A DNA stretch of 64,000 nucleotides. It comes from Mobula hypostoma. Its lineage: Eukaryota. The translations under genes and the position numbers were made by a program. Below are positions 51,601 through 64,000 of this stretch, piece by piece. The stretch lies in contig NC_086097.1 of the NCBI RefSeq assembly GCF_963921235.1, positions 80,664,001 to 80,728,000 on the forward strand, given 5' to 3'. Position 1 is the first letter of the stretch. Each line of letters starts with the position of its first letter. The notes beneath the pieces were generated by a model, which searched no databases, was not told where the DNA came from, and worked only from the letters and a program-made list of their open reading frames with translations.

Positions 51601-52030
51601 TGTAACGAGAGCATCTTGGACCTCCAGGTGGTCCACAGCAGGGGTGATTGATAGGTTTGTGGCCTAAGGTAGAAGGAGATGAGTTATACAGCTCTCGTTA
51701 CATGCACGTGCAGTTCAACTCTTTAAGTGAAAATGCAGAAAGTTTGAAGTTTCTCCTCATTGCCTTCTACCTTAGACCATGAACTTATCAATCACCCCTG
51801 CTTGTGGACCACTTCTGGAGGTCCAAGACTTCTACAAAGAAGGGATTCATATACTCCACGACCGCTGGACTAAGTGTGTAACTGTAGAAAAAATAAATGT
51901 GCTAGATTTTCTAAAATTGACCCCTTCTACCTTAGGCCATGAACTTATCAATCACCCCTCGTACTTTCCTTAGATTTCCAAAATGTATTTGATAAGGTGC
52001 TACATTAAGGATTATTTGTGAAAGTAAAAA
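48660..52030. mobile_element. Cluster of decayed CR1 pieces: (-) 48660-49290; old (+) 49290-52030, interrupted by CR1 50000-50917 and by a MITE
   Basis: LEYYVQLWSPH, decayed FADD/LEYC segments; the D.....DF...FDKV motif rejoins across the MITE. Confidence 0.75.
51344..51961. mobile_element. Mariner-like palindromic MITE, TA TSD
   Basis: ta|cgaggggtgattgataagtt...aacttatcaatcacccctcg|ta; long inverted arms with internal TIR repeats. Confidence 0.92.
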
Positions 52031-52047
52031 CACTGGAAGCAGTTCAT

Positions 52048-52235
52048 ACAGGTTGAACACCCCTTATCCAAAATTGCAAAATCCTAAAATCCCTGAAATC
52101 CAAATTTTTCTTGAGTGCTGACATGACATCATAAGTGGAAAATTCTGCAAGACACCGAGAAGGTTCCCAGGTGATGTGCAGGTCTCTGTGCAACACAGAC
52201 ATTTCTGAGAAGTGCCTCACATATGTAATGAATAG
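52048..52235 (+). mobile_element. Tigger/pogo-like DNA transposon end
   Basis: ta-caggttgaacaccccttatccaaaat terminal motif. Confidence 0.5.
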
Positions 52236-52237
52236 AA

Positions 52238-53291
52238 TTTTTCAGAATGGCAGGCGGTGACTAGTGGGGTACCGCAAGGCTCAGTGCTGGGACCCCAGTT
52301 GTTTACAATATATATTAATGACTTGGATGAGGGAATTAAATGAAGCATCTCCAAGTTTGCGGATGACACGAAGCTGGGTGGCAGTGTTAGCAGTGAGGAG
52401 GATGCTAAGAGGATGCAGGGTGACTTGGATAGGTTGGGTGAGTGGGCAAACTCATGGCAGATGCAATTTAATGTGGATAAATGTGAAGTTATCCACTTTG
52501 GTGGCAAAAATAGGAAAACAGATTATTATCTGAATGGTGGCCGATTAGGAAAAGGGGAGGTGCAACGAGACCTGGGTGTCATTATACACCAGTCATTGAA
52601 AGTGGGCATGCAGGTACAGCAGGCGGTGAAAAAGGCGAACGGTATGCTGGCATTTATAGCGAGAGGATTCGAGTACAGGAGCAGGGAGGTACTACTGCAG
52701 TTGTACAAGGCCTTGGTGAGACCACACCTGGAGTATTGTGTGCAGTTTTGGTCCCCTAATCTGAGGAAAGACATCTTTGCCATAGAGGGAGTACAAAGAA
52801 GGTTCACCAGATTGATTCCTGGGATGGCAGGTCTTTCATATGAAGAAAGACTGGATGAACTGGGCTTGTACTCGTTGGAATTTAGAAGATTGAGGGGGGA
52901 TCTGATTGAAACGTATAAGATCCTAAAGGGATTGGACAGGCTAGATGCAGGAAGATTGTTCCCGATGTTGGGGAGGTCTAGAACGAGGGGTCACAGTTTG
53001 AGGATAGAGGGGAAGCCTTTTAGGACCGAGGTTAGGAAAAACTTCTTCACACAGAGAGTGGTGAATCTGTGGAATTCTCTGCCACAGCAAACTGTTGAGG
53101 CCAGTTCATTAGCTATGTTTAAAAGGAAGTTAGATATGGCCCTTGTGGCTACAGGGGTCAGGGGGTATGGAGGGAAGGCTGGGTTCTGAGTTGGATGATC
53201 AGCCATGATCATAATAAATGGCGGTGCAGGCTCGAAGGGCCGAATGGCCTACTCCTGCACCTATTTTCTATGTTTCTATGTTTCTATGTTT
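52238..53291 (+). mobile_element. CR1 3' fragment, near-identical to 20894-21942
   Basis: 258-aa ORF almost identical to the 20172-21845 C-terminus; one TGC>TGA stop upstream; (TTTCTATG)n tail. Confidence 0.97.
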
Positions 53292-53334
53292 AATGGAATA
53301 TGGAAAAACACTGCATAAAACGAAAAATGAAGAT

Positions 53335-53625
53335 CTTTGAGGGAAGCAACATGAACCAGCAGCCACTCAAAGGGCAGCAAATTGAACCAGTGGCCTCGCC
53401 AAGGGCAGCAAATTGAACCAGTGGCCCCCTCCAAGGGATGTGACATGAAATAGCGGCACCTCAGAGGAAAGTGCCTCAAACCGATGGCCTCTCCGAGGGA
53501 AGCGAATGGATTCAGTGGCTTCTCCGAGGGAAGCAACACAAACCTATTGGCCCCTCCAAGGGAAGCAATGGCTTCTCTGAGAACTGCTTGCTCTCCTCTG
53601 CATTTGCCTTGATGTTTCAATTTTT
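53335..53625. repeat. Degenerate ~30-bp minisatellite inside a dispersed repeat
   Basis: Repeated aaccagtggcc.c.ccaagggcagcaaattg units; same downstream block as 17015-17045. Confidence 0.75.
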
Positions 53626-53939
53626 CAACACTTTTTTTCAGCAAGAAATGTAGTCGATCATGGTCCCTTATCTCATCCCTGGGCTCCTCCTCATGGTAGT
53701 TCATGCTCGCATTTCTCTCCTGGAGTTTTCTTGGGAACAGCAGAGCGCTTGCTCACCTGAGCAAACTGTAAGTCACAGGCTCCAACAGTTTCAAAAACAA
53801 AATTAAGATAAATAGAGTAAGTGGAAGATGACAAAGAACTGAAATGATTGACTATCTGGAAGATGTCACCAAGGAATCACTGTTCACTGGCTGGAAAATG
53901 ATTACACCAGCATTCAACACAATCATACTCTCAGTTCTA

Positions 53940-54392
53940 AATAACAAGCTCCAAATTCTGGGCCTCCCTCTGCAACTACCTCACTAGGAGACCACAGTCT
54001 GTGCAGATCAGAAATAACATCTCCTCCTCGCTGATAATCAACACTGGCACACTTCAAGGATCCATGCTTAGCCCACTGCTCTACTCTCTCTACACCCACA
54101 ACTGTGTAGCTAGGCACAGCTCAAACACCATCTATAGATTTCCTAATGACGCAACTATTGTTACACTCAATGTCAGTAAGTCCAAGGAATTGATTTCTAA
54201 ATGGACAATGAATGCATGAAGCTTACCACATGAGTTTTTTGTCCTCTCTCTTTGCACTTTCTATTTAATTTTCATTTTTATATATAGTTATTGTATTTTA
54301 TGGCATTTTAATTATATATTGCTGTATATTGGTGTCGCAAAACAACAAATGTTATGACATGTGCCAGTGATATTAAACCTGATTCTGAATCT
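53940..54392 (+). mobile_element. Rex1/Babar fragment with internal deletions
   Basis: NTGTLQGSMLSPLLYSLYTHNC; tail aaacctgattctga. Confidence 0.85.
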
Positions 54393-54549
54393 GATATCAA
54401 GAGTCATAATTCTAAACATTATTTTTGTTCACCCCTGAAAATTTGACTAAACTAAGCTCAATCATGTTTTAAGTCAACAACGCACTGGTCACCGAGTAGG
54501 ATCATGAAATGTTGTGGAATATGACATTATTCTGTAATTTGGAAGAAGT

Positions 54550-57500
54550 TACAGAAGGGTGCAGAGTATTCTGAAGGGAAAGGGTGAACAGCCAGAAGTT
54601 TTGGTACGCGTTGTTACCAATGACAAAGGTAGAAAAAGGGAGGATGTCCTCAAGAGAGAATTCAGGGAGTTAGGTATGAAGCTGAAAAGCAGGACGTCTA
54701 GGGTAGTAATCTCAGGATTGCTGCCTGTGCCACGTGCCAGCGAGTGCAAGAATAGTATGATCAGGTGTATTAATGTGTGGATGAGAGACTGGTGTAGGGG
54801 GCAGGGGTTCATTGGGCCCTCTTCTTCGGGAGGTATGACCTGTACAAAAGGGACGGGTTACACCTGAACCCAAACAATTCCAATACCCTAGCGGGCATAG
54901 TTAATAGAGCTGTTAGGGAGGATTTAAATGAATCTGGCAGGGGGATGGGAACTGGAGTGATAGGGTTGAAGGAGGCAAAAACAGAAGTAGATCAAAGATA
55001 GCGTGCAACAGAGATTATAGAAAGAACAGGCAGGAGCTTAGGCTTAATCAAAGCCAGTGGCATGAGTTACAGGGCAATGGAGGCATGGTGCAGTTAAAAC
55101 AGAAAGCAACAAATACTGGACTGGGAGTGTTGTATTTGAATGCATACAGCATAAGGAATGAAATGGATGATCTTGAAATTCAGCTACAGACTGGAAAATA
55201 TGACGTTGTGGCCATCTCTGAAACTTGGCTAAAGGATGGCTGCCATTGAGAGCTGAACATATACAGTATATCGGAAAGATAGGTTAGTAGGCAGAGGGGG
55301 CGGTGTGGCTCTGCGTATAAGAAATAATATTAAATCATTGGAAAGAGATGACATAGGATTGTAAGGTGTAGAGTCTCTATGGGTTGAGTTAAGAAATGGC
55401 AAGGGTAAAAGGACCCTAATGGCAGCTGTATACAGGCCTCCAAACAGCAGCTGGGATGTGGATTACAAATCACGGCAAGAGATAGAAAAGGTGTGTCAGA
55501 AAGGCAATGCCATGATAATCGTTCAGGATTTTAACATACAAGTGGATTGGGAAAACCAGGTCAGTACTGGACCTCAAGAGAGAGAATTTATAGAATGTCT
55601 AAGGGATGGGATTTTAGAACAGCTTGTTGTTGAGCCCAATAGGGGATCGGCTGTGCTGGATTGGGCATTGTGCAATGATCCAGAAGTGATAAGAGAGCTT
55701 AAGGTTAAGCAACCCTTAGGGAACAATGATCACAATATGATTGATTTCACATTGAAATTTGAGAGGGGAAATATAAAATCCAATGTGCCAGTATTTCAGT
55801 GGAATAAAGAAAATTACAATGGGATGACAGAGGAACTGGCTGTATTTGACTGGAAAGGGACATTTGCAGGAAAGACAACAGAGCAGCAATGGCTGGAATT
55901 TCTGGAAAAATGAGGGAAGTGCAAGACAGATATATTCCAAATAAGAAGAAATTTTCAAAGGGAAGAAGGACACTACTATGGCTGACAAATAAAGTCAGAG
56001 CCAAAATAAAAGCAAAAGAGAGGGCATACGAGGAAGCCAGAGCTAGTGAGAAGATAGAGGATTGGGAGCTTTTAAAAACTTGAAGAAGGAAACTAAGAGG
56101 TCATGCGAAAGGAAAAGATGAGAGGAAGCTGGCAGCTAATATTAAAGAAGACACTAAAAGCTTTTTTAAGCATATAAAGGTTAAAAGAGAGTCAAGGGTA
56201 GATATAGGACCAATAGAAAATGATGCTGGAGGTATTGTAATGAGAGATGCAGAGATGGCAGAGGAACTAAATGCGTATTTTGCATCAGTCTTCACAGTGG
56301 AAGAAGACTGCAGTATACTGGACTTTCAAGTGTGTCTGGGAAGTGAAGTTTGTGCAGTGAAAATTACGACTGAGAAGGTGCTCAGGAAGCTTAATGGTCT
56401 GAGGGTTGATAAATCTCCTGGACCTGATGGAATGCACCCTCAGGAAGGAAGTAGCTGGAGAGATTGCGGAGGCATTGTACCGGATGACTGGAAAATTGCA
56501 AATGTTACTCTGCTATTTAAAAAAGGGTGGGAAGCAGCAGAAAGGAAACTATAGACCTGTTAGCCTGACATCAGTGATCAGTGATTGGGAAGTTGTTGGA
56601 ATCAATTGTTAGGATTGAGATTATGGAGTACCTGGAGGCACCTGACAAGACAGGCCAAAGCCAGCATGGTTTCCTGAAAGGAAAATCCTGCCTGACAAAC
56701 CTACTGCAATTCTTTGAGAAAATTACAAGCAGAGTAGACAAAGGAGAAGTAGTAGACGTGGTGTACTTGGACTTTCAGAAGGTCTTTGATAAGGTGCCGC
56801 ACATGGGGCTGCTTAGCAAGATAAGATCCCATGGAATTACAGGGGAGTTACCAGCATGAGTGGAGCATTGGCTGGTCAGCAGAAAACAGGGAGTGGGAAT
56901 AAAGGTATCCTATTCTGGCTGGCTACTGATTACCAGTGGAGTTCCACACGGGTCGGTGTTGGGACCGTTGCTTTTTACAATGTATGTCAATGATTTGGAC
57001 TATGATATTAATGGATTTGTGTCTAAATTTCAGTATGATACAAGGATAGGTGGAGGAGCAGGTATTGTTGAGGAAACAGAGAGCCAACAGAGAGACTTAG
57101 ACAGTTTAGGGGAATGGGCAAAGAAGTGGCAAATGAAATACAATGTTGGAAAGTGTATGGTCATGCACTCTGGTGGAAGAAATAAACGGGCAAACTATTA
57201 TTTAGATGGAGAGGGAATTCAAATGCAGAGATGCAAAGGAACTTGGGAATCCTTGTGCAGGATACCCTAAAGGTTAACCTCCAGGTTGAGTCGGTTGTGA
57301 AGAAGGCGAATGTAATGTTGGCATTCATTTCTAGAGGTATAGAATATAAGAGCAGGGATGTAATGTTGAGGCTCTATAAGGCACTTGTGAGACTACACTT
57401 GGAGTATTGTGTGCAGATTTGGTCTCCTTATTTTAGAAAGGATATACTGACATTGGAGAGAGTTCAGAGAAAATTCACAAAATTGATTCCAGGAATGAAA

Positions 57501-57960
57501 GAGTTACTGTATGAGGAATGTCTGGCAGCTCTTGGGCTGTATTCCCTGGAGTTCAGGAGAATGAGGGGGATCTCATAGAAACATTTTGAATGTTAAAAGG
57601 CCTGAACAGATTAGATATGGCAAAGTTATTTCCCATGTAGGGGATTCTTGGACAAGAGGCACGACTTCAGGATTGAAGGACCTCCTTTTAGAACTGGAAT
57701 ATGGAGAAATTAATTTAATCAGAGAGTGGTAAATCTGTAGAATTTGTTGCCACAAGTGGCTGTGGAGGCCAAGTCATTGGGTGTATTTAAGGCAAAGATA
57801 TATAGGTTCTTGATTAGCCATGGCATTAAAGGGTATGGGGTGAAAGCAGGGGAGTGGGGATGACTGGAAGAATTGGATCAGGCCATGATTGAATGGCAGA
57901 GCAGACTCAATTGGCCAAATGGCCTACTTCTGCTCCAATATCTTATGGTCTATGGTCTAA
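54550..57960 (+). mobile_element. Near full-length decayed CR1 (ORF1 SGNH/esterase C-part plus ORF2 EN-RT)
   Basis: EQPEVLVRVVTNDKG...VVISGLLPVP (ORF1 esterase); YLNAYSI, ISETWL, YRPPNS, DHN (APE); RT motifs; cttatggtct tail. Confidence 0.93.
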
Positions 57961-59769
57961 GTTTGGGCCAGGAAATGTAGAAGAGGCTTGACCCAGAATC
58001 AGAGCAGTGGAGATGATTTAGTGGCGAGCGATAAATTTAATATTAAACTGCAAGATAACAAGCCAAAAAGGAGACACAAAATGAGTGAAAATAGAGACTT
58101 AATTCTACAAGGCAACAAGATAAATGAAGGCTGGAACAACTAGTTGAGGCTGGCTGGTTTGTATGAGTGAACAAGGACTGTGGATAAGGGCTGGGTTTAA
58201 AAAGGCTGCAGGTGATGAGTTGAAAATGAGCACCAGGTGAGTCCTGTTAGCTGTGTGGAAACTGGGAGGTATTTGCCTGTGCAGGCCTGACAGGACACAA
58301 CCCCTCCCCACCATGGCTGGCTCCCAACGTCCCAGGGTGATCCAGCTGGGTACGGTGGAACTCCTCGATGAGCGATGGATCCAAGATGTAACTATATGGC
58401 ATGCAAGATCTCTCCTCCGGGCCATACTGTTGCCTGTCAACCAGGTACTGCACCCCATCCTCAAAGACATGAATCCATCAACTGGCAAATCGTGTGCACT
58501 GGACAACATTTCACCATCCCTGGTCCCAGAGGTGCAGGCTCAGATGGGTTGAGTGATCAGAGCACAACAGGTTTGAGGCAGGACACGTGGAAAGTAGGTG
58601 GGATCATGGGGGAAGGTGGCAGCTGGACACAATGAGTGACTGGATTGATCCAATGGGTCATTTTAAAGGGACCGATGAACCAGGGTGAGAGCTTATGGAG
58701 ACAGGGTGTAGGGGCCGATCTCAGATGGGCAGCCAGACACAAAGTAGCCTGGATGGGTGCCTACGGTGGTGAACCTGGCAGCAGTAGGCACGGTTGGATG
58801 CTAGGCTGGCCCTCCATGCCCTCTTCCAAGTATTCCGGCAGTGGCTAAACAGGCCCCTGGCAGATGGTTCCTCCACTGTCGGCTCTTGCGCAGCGAGCAA
58901 TGGGATTTGGAGTCATGAAAGGGTGACATTTCTGTGACAGAGGAGGTGTGTAGACTGTGGGACAGTTCAACCCAGAGCAGATACCTCTTCCATATGGAAG
59001 GGTTAGAGTCGGTGAAGCATTACAGGAACTTCTCCACTTGCTTGGCTTTTTTTGAGGACAAACTCACTGAAAATTATGGACCCCGGTCCGACACAATGCC
59101 CAGAGTCTGTTGTGTGCCTGGATGGCTGGAGAGGGGTGAGGAGTAAACCCATTGGAGTGCCTCAGACCGCACGACTGCCGGTTATCAGGTGTGTCAGCAG
59201 CAGCAGGCTCGTGCTATACGGCCCTGCAGATCTGGTTCTCAAGATCCTGGATGACCAGGGCAAAGCTCTGCAAGGAAGGAACGGTAGCCTGAGGGTCGAT
59301 AGCTGGGTTGAACTGTCGTGACAGGGCATCTGCCTTGGTGTTCTTGGAGCCAATCAATAGGAGAAAGTGAAGTTGAATTACTCAAAGAAGAGGGCCCAGT
59401 GAGCCTGATGTGGATTGAGTTGGCGAATCTGTTGAAATGATGTGAGGTTCTGGTGGTCAGTCCAGATCAGGATGGACTCGGTGCTTCCCATCAGTCAATG
59501 TCTCCATTCCTCCAGGGCCCATTTGATGGCAAGTAGCTCCCCGTCTCCTACTCCATAACCACACTGTAGAGTTGAATTTGCATGAGAAGGCGGCACAAGG
59601 ATGTCTCTTCCTGTCTGGTCCTCGCTGGGAGAGGATATCGCTAGCACCCACATTAGATACATCCACCAAAGGTCTGGGGAGGTTTGGATGGCGGAGAATG
59701 AGAGTGGTGGTGAAGTGTCTCTTGAGCTGCTTGGAAGCCTGGTCTGTGGAAGCAGACAAACTTATCCAT

Positions 59770-62125
59770 GAGGTAGGCAACTTGGTGCCAGTGCCAAAGA
59801 AGAACATGGTAGCCTGCCTCAATGATAATCATTCAGTAGCACCTACATCGACAGGGATGAAGTGTCACGTGATCGGCAACAATAAATTATCAATTGAGGC
59901 AGATTTCATAAACAAGCATAAACATTTATTAAACTCTGCTCAACAATAGCAAAAAGTATTCAAACGACTAACTTAACCAGAAGTTAACTGCTATACGGCA
60001 ACTCAGGAACAGTTCTTAAAAGGGTAAATTCGAAAACAGTTGTTAAAATGGTAAATTTGAAAGTCCAAGTGATTTACACAGCCAATAAGGAGAGACTTCT
60101 CTGGAAACGGATTTCTTCAAAGACGTGACGTTACTGCTGGTTCTCCAAAGGATTCACGACGAAGGAAATAAAATGGCTTAAAGAAACTGACCTTTTCCAG
60201 GCGAGTGAACACTGCACAAACTTCTCTGCTCTTGCAGGAGTTATCTCAGATACAAGTCACTTTTCTGAACGAGGATTAAATAAGGTTGATCCTTCATTAA
60301 ACTGCCGATACTCCAACTTTATTCCGATCCTTCAGGTTCCCATCCTTTAGTAATGTCTTCACTCTCCAATACTACTGTAAAGTTAAATCAAGGATACACC
60401 AACAAAGCTGGCAGAGATTGGTGAAACTGCCAGCACAACGATTTTACCTTACAATAGAAAGTAAAACTCCATTTTAAAACGAAACTGCGTCATGAGACGA
60501 ACACGCAGCATAACCGAGTAACTAACGAAGCAAAAAACAACTCAACTGAAAACTAAACTGCATCACACCAGGGGTCTCCTTTATACCTGTTGAGAACAGG
60601 TCATCATGTGACCTCACACTGGCGGGAAAACTGCATCATGTGACCTCCACAAGACCATTACATCATGCTCATAAGGCAGTCAATTACATCATGGTCTTAA
60701 GATAGTCACAAGATACCCACGAGGTATGTAACAGAAGTGTTTTGAGAGGTTGATGATGAAACATATCAACTCCTGCCAGAGAAATGACTTGGATCCGCTC
60801 CAATTGGCCTACTGGAGCAAACGGTCCACAGTAGATACCATTTCATTGGTTCTTCACTCAACCCTGTAACATTCGGACAACAAAGGTGCATACATCACGA
60901 TGTTCTTTATTGACTACAGCTGAGCATTCAATACTATCGTCCCCACAAAACTAATTAATAAGCTTCAAGACCCAGGCCTCAATATATCCTTGTGCAATTG
61001 GATCCTCAATTTTCTCTACTGCAGATCCTAGTCTGTTTGGATTGACAACATCATCTCCTCAACAATTACCACGAGCACAGGCGCACCACTGGGCTGTGTG
61101 CTTAGCCCTCTGCTCTACTCACCTTACACTTATGACTGTGAGGCTAAGCAGAGATCCAATGCCATATTCACGTTTGCTGAGGACACCACTGTCGTAGGCC
61201 GAATCAAAGTGATGATGAATCAGCATACAGGATGGAGACTGAAAATCTGGCTGAGTGGTGCCATAACTACAACCTCTTACTCCATGTCAACAAGACGAAG
61301 GTATGAAATCAGAGGTCCATGAGCCTCTCCTCATCGGAGGATCAGAGGTGGAGGGGATAAGTAACTTTAACTTCCTCAATGTTTTTTCGAGGATCTGTCC
61401 TGGACCCAGTAGATGAGTGCAATTACAAAGAAAGCACAGCAGTGCCTCTGCTTCCTTAGGAATTTGCAAAGATTTGGCATAACATCTAAAACCCTGACAA
61501 ACTTCTGTAGATGTGAGGTGGAGAGTAGATTGACTAACTGCATCACAACTTGGTATAGAAATACCAATGCCTTTGAACAGAGAATCCTGCAAAAAGTAAT
61601 GGATACGTCCCAGTCCATCACAGCTAAAGCCCTCCCAACCATTGAACACATCTACATGAAACACTTTGCAGGAAAGCAGCATCCATCATCAGTGGCCCCC
61701 ACCACCCAGATCATGCACTCTTATCGTTGCTGCCATCAGGAAGAAGGACTCACACCACCAGGTTCATGAACAGTTATTACCCCTCAACATTCAGGCTCTT
61801 GAACCAAAGGAGATAACTTCACTCAATTTCACTTGCCCCATCATTGAATTGTTCCCACAACCTATGGACTCACTTTTCAGAACGCTTCATCTCATGTTCT
61901 GGATATTTATTGCTAATTTATTTATTATTAATATTATTTCTTTCTGTTTGCATATGCAGTTTGTTGTCTTTTGCACGTTGGTTTGGATGCCCAAGTTGGT
62001 GTGGTCTTTCATTGATTCAATTATGGTTACTATGCTTTTATGGATTTATTGAGTATACCTGCAAGAAAATGAATCTCATTGTTGTGTATGGTGACCCATG
62101 TATACTTTGATAATAAACTTATTCT
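59770..62125 (+). mobile_element. Rex1/Babar LINE nested in the Gypsy element
   Basis: VPVPKKN..CLND..VA.TS..MK|CFERL; LSPLLYS.YTYDC; FAED; 3' tail tttgataataaactt. Confidence 0.9.
59863..60733 (-). mobile_element. Solo LTR (871 bp), 4-bp TSD GAAG
   Basis: TG...CA termini; gaag at 59859-59862 and 60734-60737; minus-strand TATAAA near 60580 and AATAAA near 59925; short catcatg(t)g repeats. Confidence 0.9.
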
Positions 62126-62911
62126 GATTTTTGGTGAGAGAGGTGAAAGGAGTGGTGATTTGGCTGTAGTTTCTGAGGAACCAGCAGTACAAGTTGGAGA
62201 AGCTGAAGAAGAATGGCAGCTGTTCGAGGGAGCACTGCTGGGGCCATTAAATAATGGCACACATGTTCTCTGGGCCCATGGTTATGCCTTGAGGTGAAAG
62301 AATGTAACCCAAAAGGAAATGACTGGGCATGTAACTGGCATTTTTCTAACTTGCAGCACAGTTGGTTTTCGAGGAGACACTGGAGGACTGATCGGACATG
62401 ACAGATGTGTTCTTGGAGGTCCTTGGAGAAGATGTGGATGCCTTCAAGGTAGATGAACACATACGTGTGTAGCATGTCTGGGAGGATCTCATTAATTAAG
62501 GCCTGGAAAATGGCTGGACTGTTGGTGTTGACAATCAGACTTTCCATGTATTTGTACTGGCCAGTGGGTTTTTTGATTGCCATCATCCATTCACCCCCCT
62601 GCAGGACACAAATCTGGTTGGACGCACTCCATAGACCCAGTTTGGCAAAGATCTAGGCCCCATGAAGTGTTTCAAATGAAGTGCTGTCCATCAAGTGGAG
62701 AGAGTAGCAGTTCTTAATGGTGATTTTTTTGACTCCACAATAGTCCCTCATCTTTCTTCCAGACAAAGAAAAGTCCTGTAGCTGCTGGAGACTGGGATGG
62801 CTGAATGAATCCGTGCTGTAGTGCTTCAGTGATGTAGTCATTCATGGGTTAGGTCTGAGGAGGGGAGAGGGAGAACAGACAATCTCTCAGAGGGGTGGTG
62901 CCTGTGAGGAG

Positions 62912-63010
62912 GACTGATGTAAGGCTTTCTGCCGAAACATCGACTGTTTACTCTTTTCCATAGATGCTGCCCGACCTGGTGAGTTCCTTCAGTATTTTGT
63001 GTGTGTTGCA
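62912..63010 (+). mobile_element. Penelope pLTR remnant with decayed hammerhead
   Basis: CTGATGT aaggctttctgcc GAAA ca TC gactgtttactcttttccatagatgctgcc. Confidence 0.8.
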
Positions 63011-63559
63011 TCCATCATTCAGTTCCTTGTCCTGTTACATATGAGATGATCCATTTTGGGTGACTATGAAGTACTAAGATACAGTATTATCAGTTCTGTT
63101 CACCCCAGCAGTCAACGAGTACTCTTTAAAAAGGTCTCATTGGGCATTTCTCTAAGTAGTATTGTGCTCAACGGCTTGGCTCTGTAGACTGGAATGATTC
63201 CAAGTTCTCATGCCTTCGAAATTGCTTCAATTTCTTTGATAGGTTACAATCCATTTAAACCTACTTAGGCAAAGCAAAGCATTTACTTTCATACAATTCA
63301 CACTTGGTTCTCTTGACCTTTACATGAAGTTCATGTGACTACCGAATACTTCTACTATTCTATATTTGTGGCTAAGAGGACATCACTCTAATTCCATGAA
63401 CAATGATCTCCAACTATTTGCATCTTCTCTTCTGTAGCGTGAATGGTCTTCAGAAATAATTTCACACAATCATTACTTTTGTTTAGGAATAAAGACCTTG
63501 ATGCCCTTTAATTGTCAAATATTGCTAACACTCCTTGTCTGCAGTCAAGCTCAAATTTC

Positions 63560-64000
63560 AAGTTCAAATTTTGAAGTAAATTTATTATCAAAGAATAAAC
63601 ATGTTACCATATACTACCTTGAGATTCATTTTTCTTGCAGGTAATTACAGGAAAAGAAATACAATGACATTTTTTGAAAAACTATATATAAACAAAGACT
63701 TACAAACAATCGATGTGCGAAAGAAGGCAAACCATGTAAATAAAAATAATACTGAGAACATGAGATGTAAAGAGTCCTTGAAAGTGAGTCTGTAGGTTGT
63801 AGAATTAGTTAAGAGTAGTGGAAAATGAAGTTATCCACAGCAGTTCAGGAGCCTAATGGTTGTAGGGCAATAACTGTTCCTGAACATGGTAGTGTGGGAC
63901 CCAAGGCTTCTCTATCTCCTCCCCGTTGTTTCGTAGAGAGAAAGTGGCACAGTCTGGATGGTGGGGGTCTTCGTTGGTGGATGCTGCTTTCTTGTAGCAG
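63560..64000 (-). mobile_element. Rex1/Babar-like 3' fragment (runs off the window)
   Basis: Minus strand KKAASTNEDPHHPDCATFSL...RSL..H..MFRNSY plus 3' UTR. Confidence 0.75.

Larger units (their letters stand above)
57970..62912 (-). mobile_element. Gypsy chromovirus-like (Sushi-type) LTR retrotransposon remnant, interrupted at 59770-62125
   Basis: 3' LTR ~57970-58292; PPT 58301-58309; chromodomain QYLVD..YGPEERS..ILDPSLI; KLSPWFIGPFK..PTFHVSCLKP; RNase H VDVSNVG..ILSQ; RT PAIFQALINEIL..YVFIYLEG. Confidence 0.92.

Overview
This is eukaryotic, repeat-dominated non-coding DNA (gene desert or large intron). I found no supportable host protein-coding exon. The repeat set is dominant CR1 LINEs with 8-bp tails, HE1-like V-SINEs, Rex1/Babar, L1, RTE, R4, HERO, Penelope-like elements, a chromodomain Gypsy and Tc1/mariner derivatives. 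That mix suggests a cartilaginous fish, probably a ray (inference, no database search). Nearly all long ORFs are retroelement fragments or their antisense shadows. The most interesting layer is RNA-structural. (1) Penelope pLTRs carry minimal type I hammerhead ribozyme motifs in several copies. (2) One TSD-flanked pLTR copy has a tight A>G cluster that destroys the ribozyme core and looks like ADAR hyper-editing fixed by reverse transcription. (3) Two TSD-flanked fold-back pLTR elements are present, one essentially a hammerhead on a 64-bp stem. (4) The HERO 3' UTR contains a possible non-circularly permuted hammerhead-like arrangement (speculative). Several nested insertions have readable TSDs, and a few repeat-free islands may be conserved enhancers. 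Family names come from motif recognition; boundaries without TSDs are approximate.
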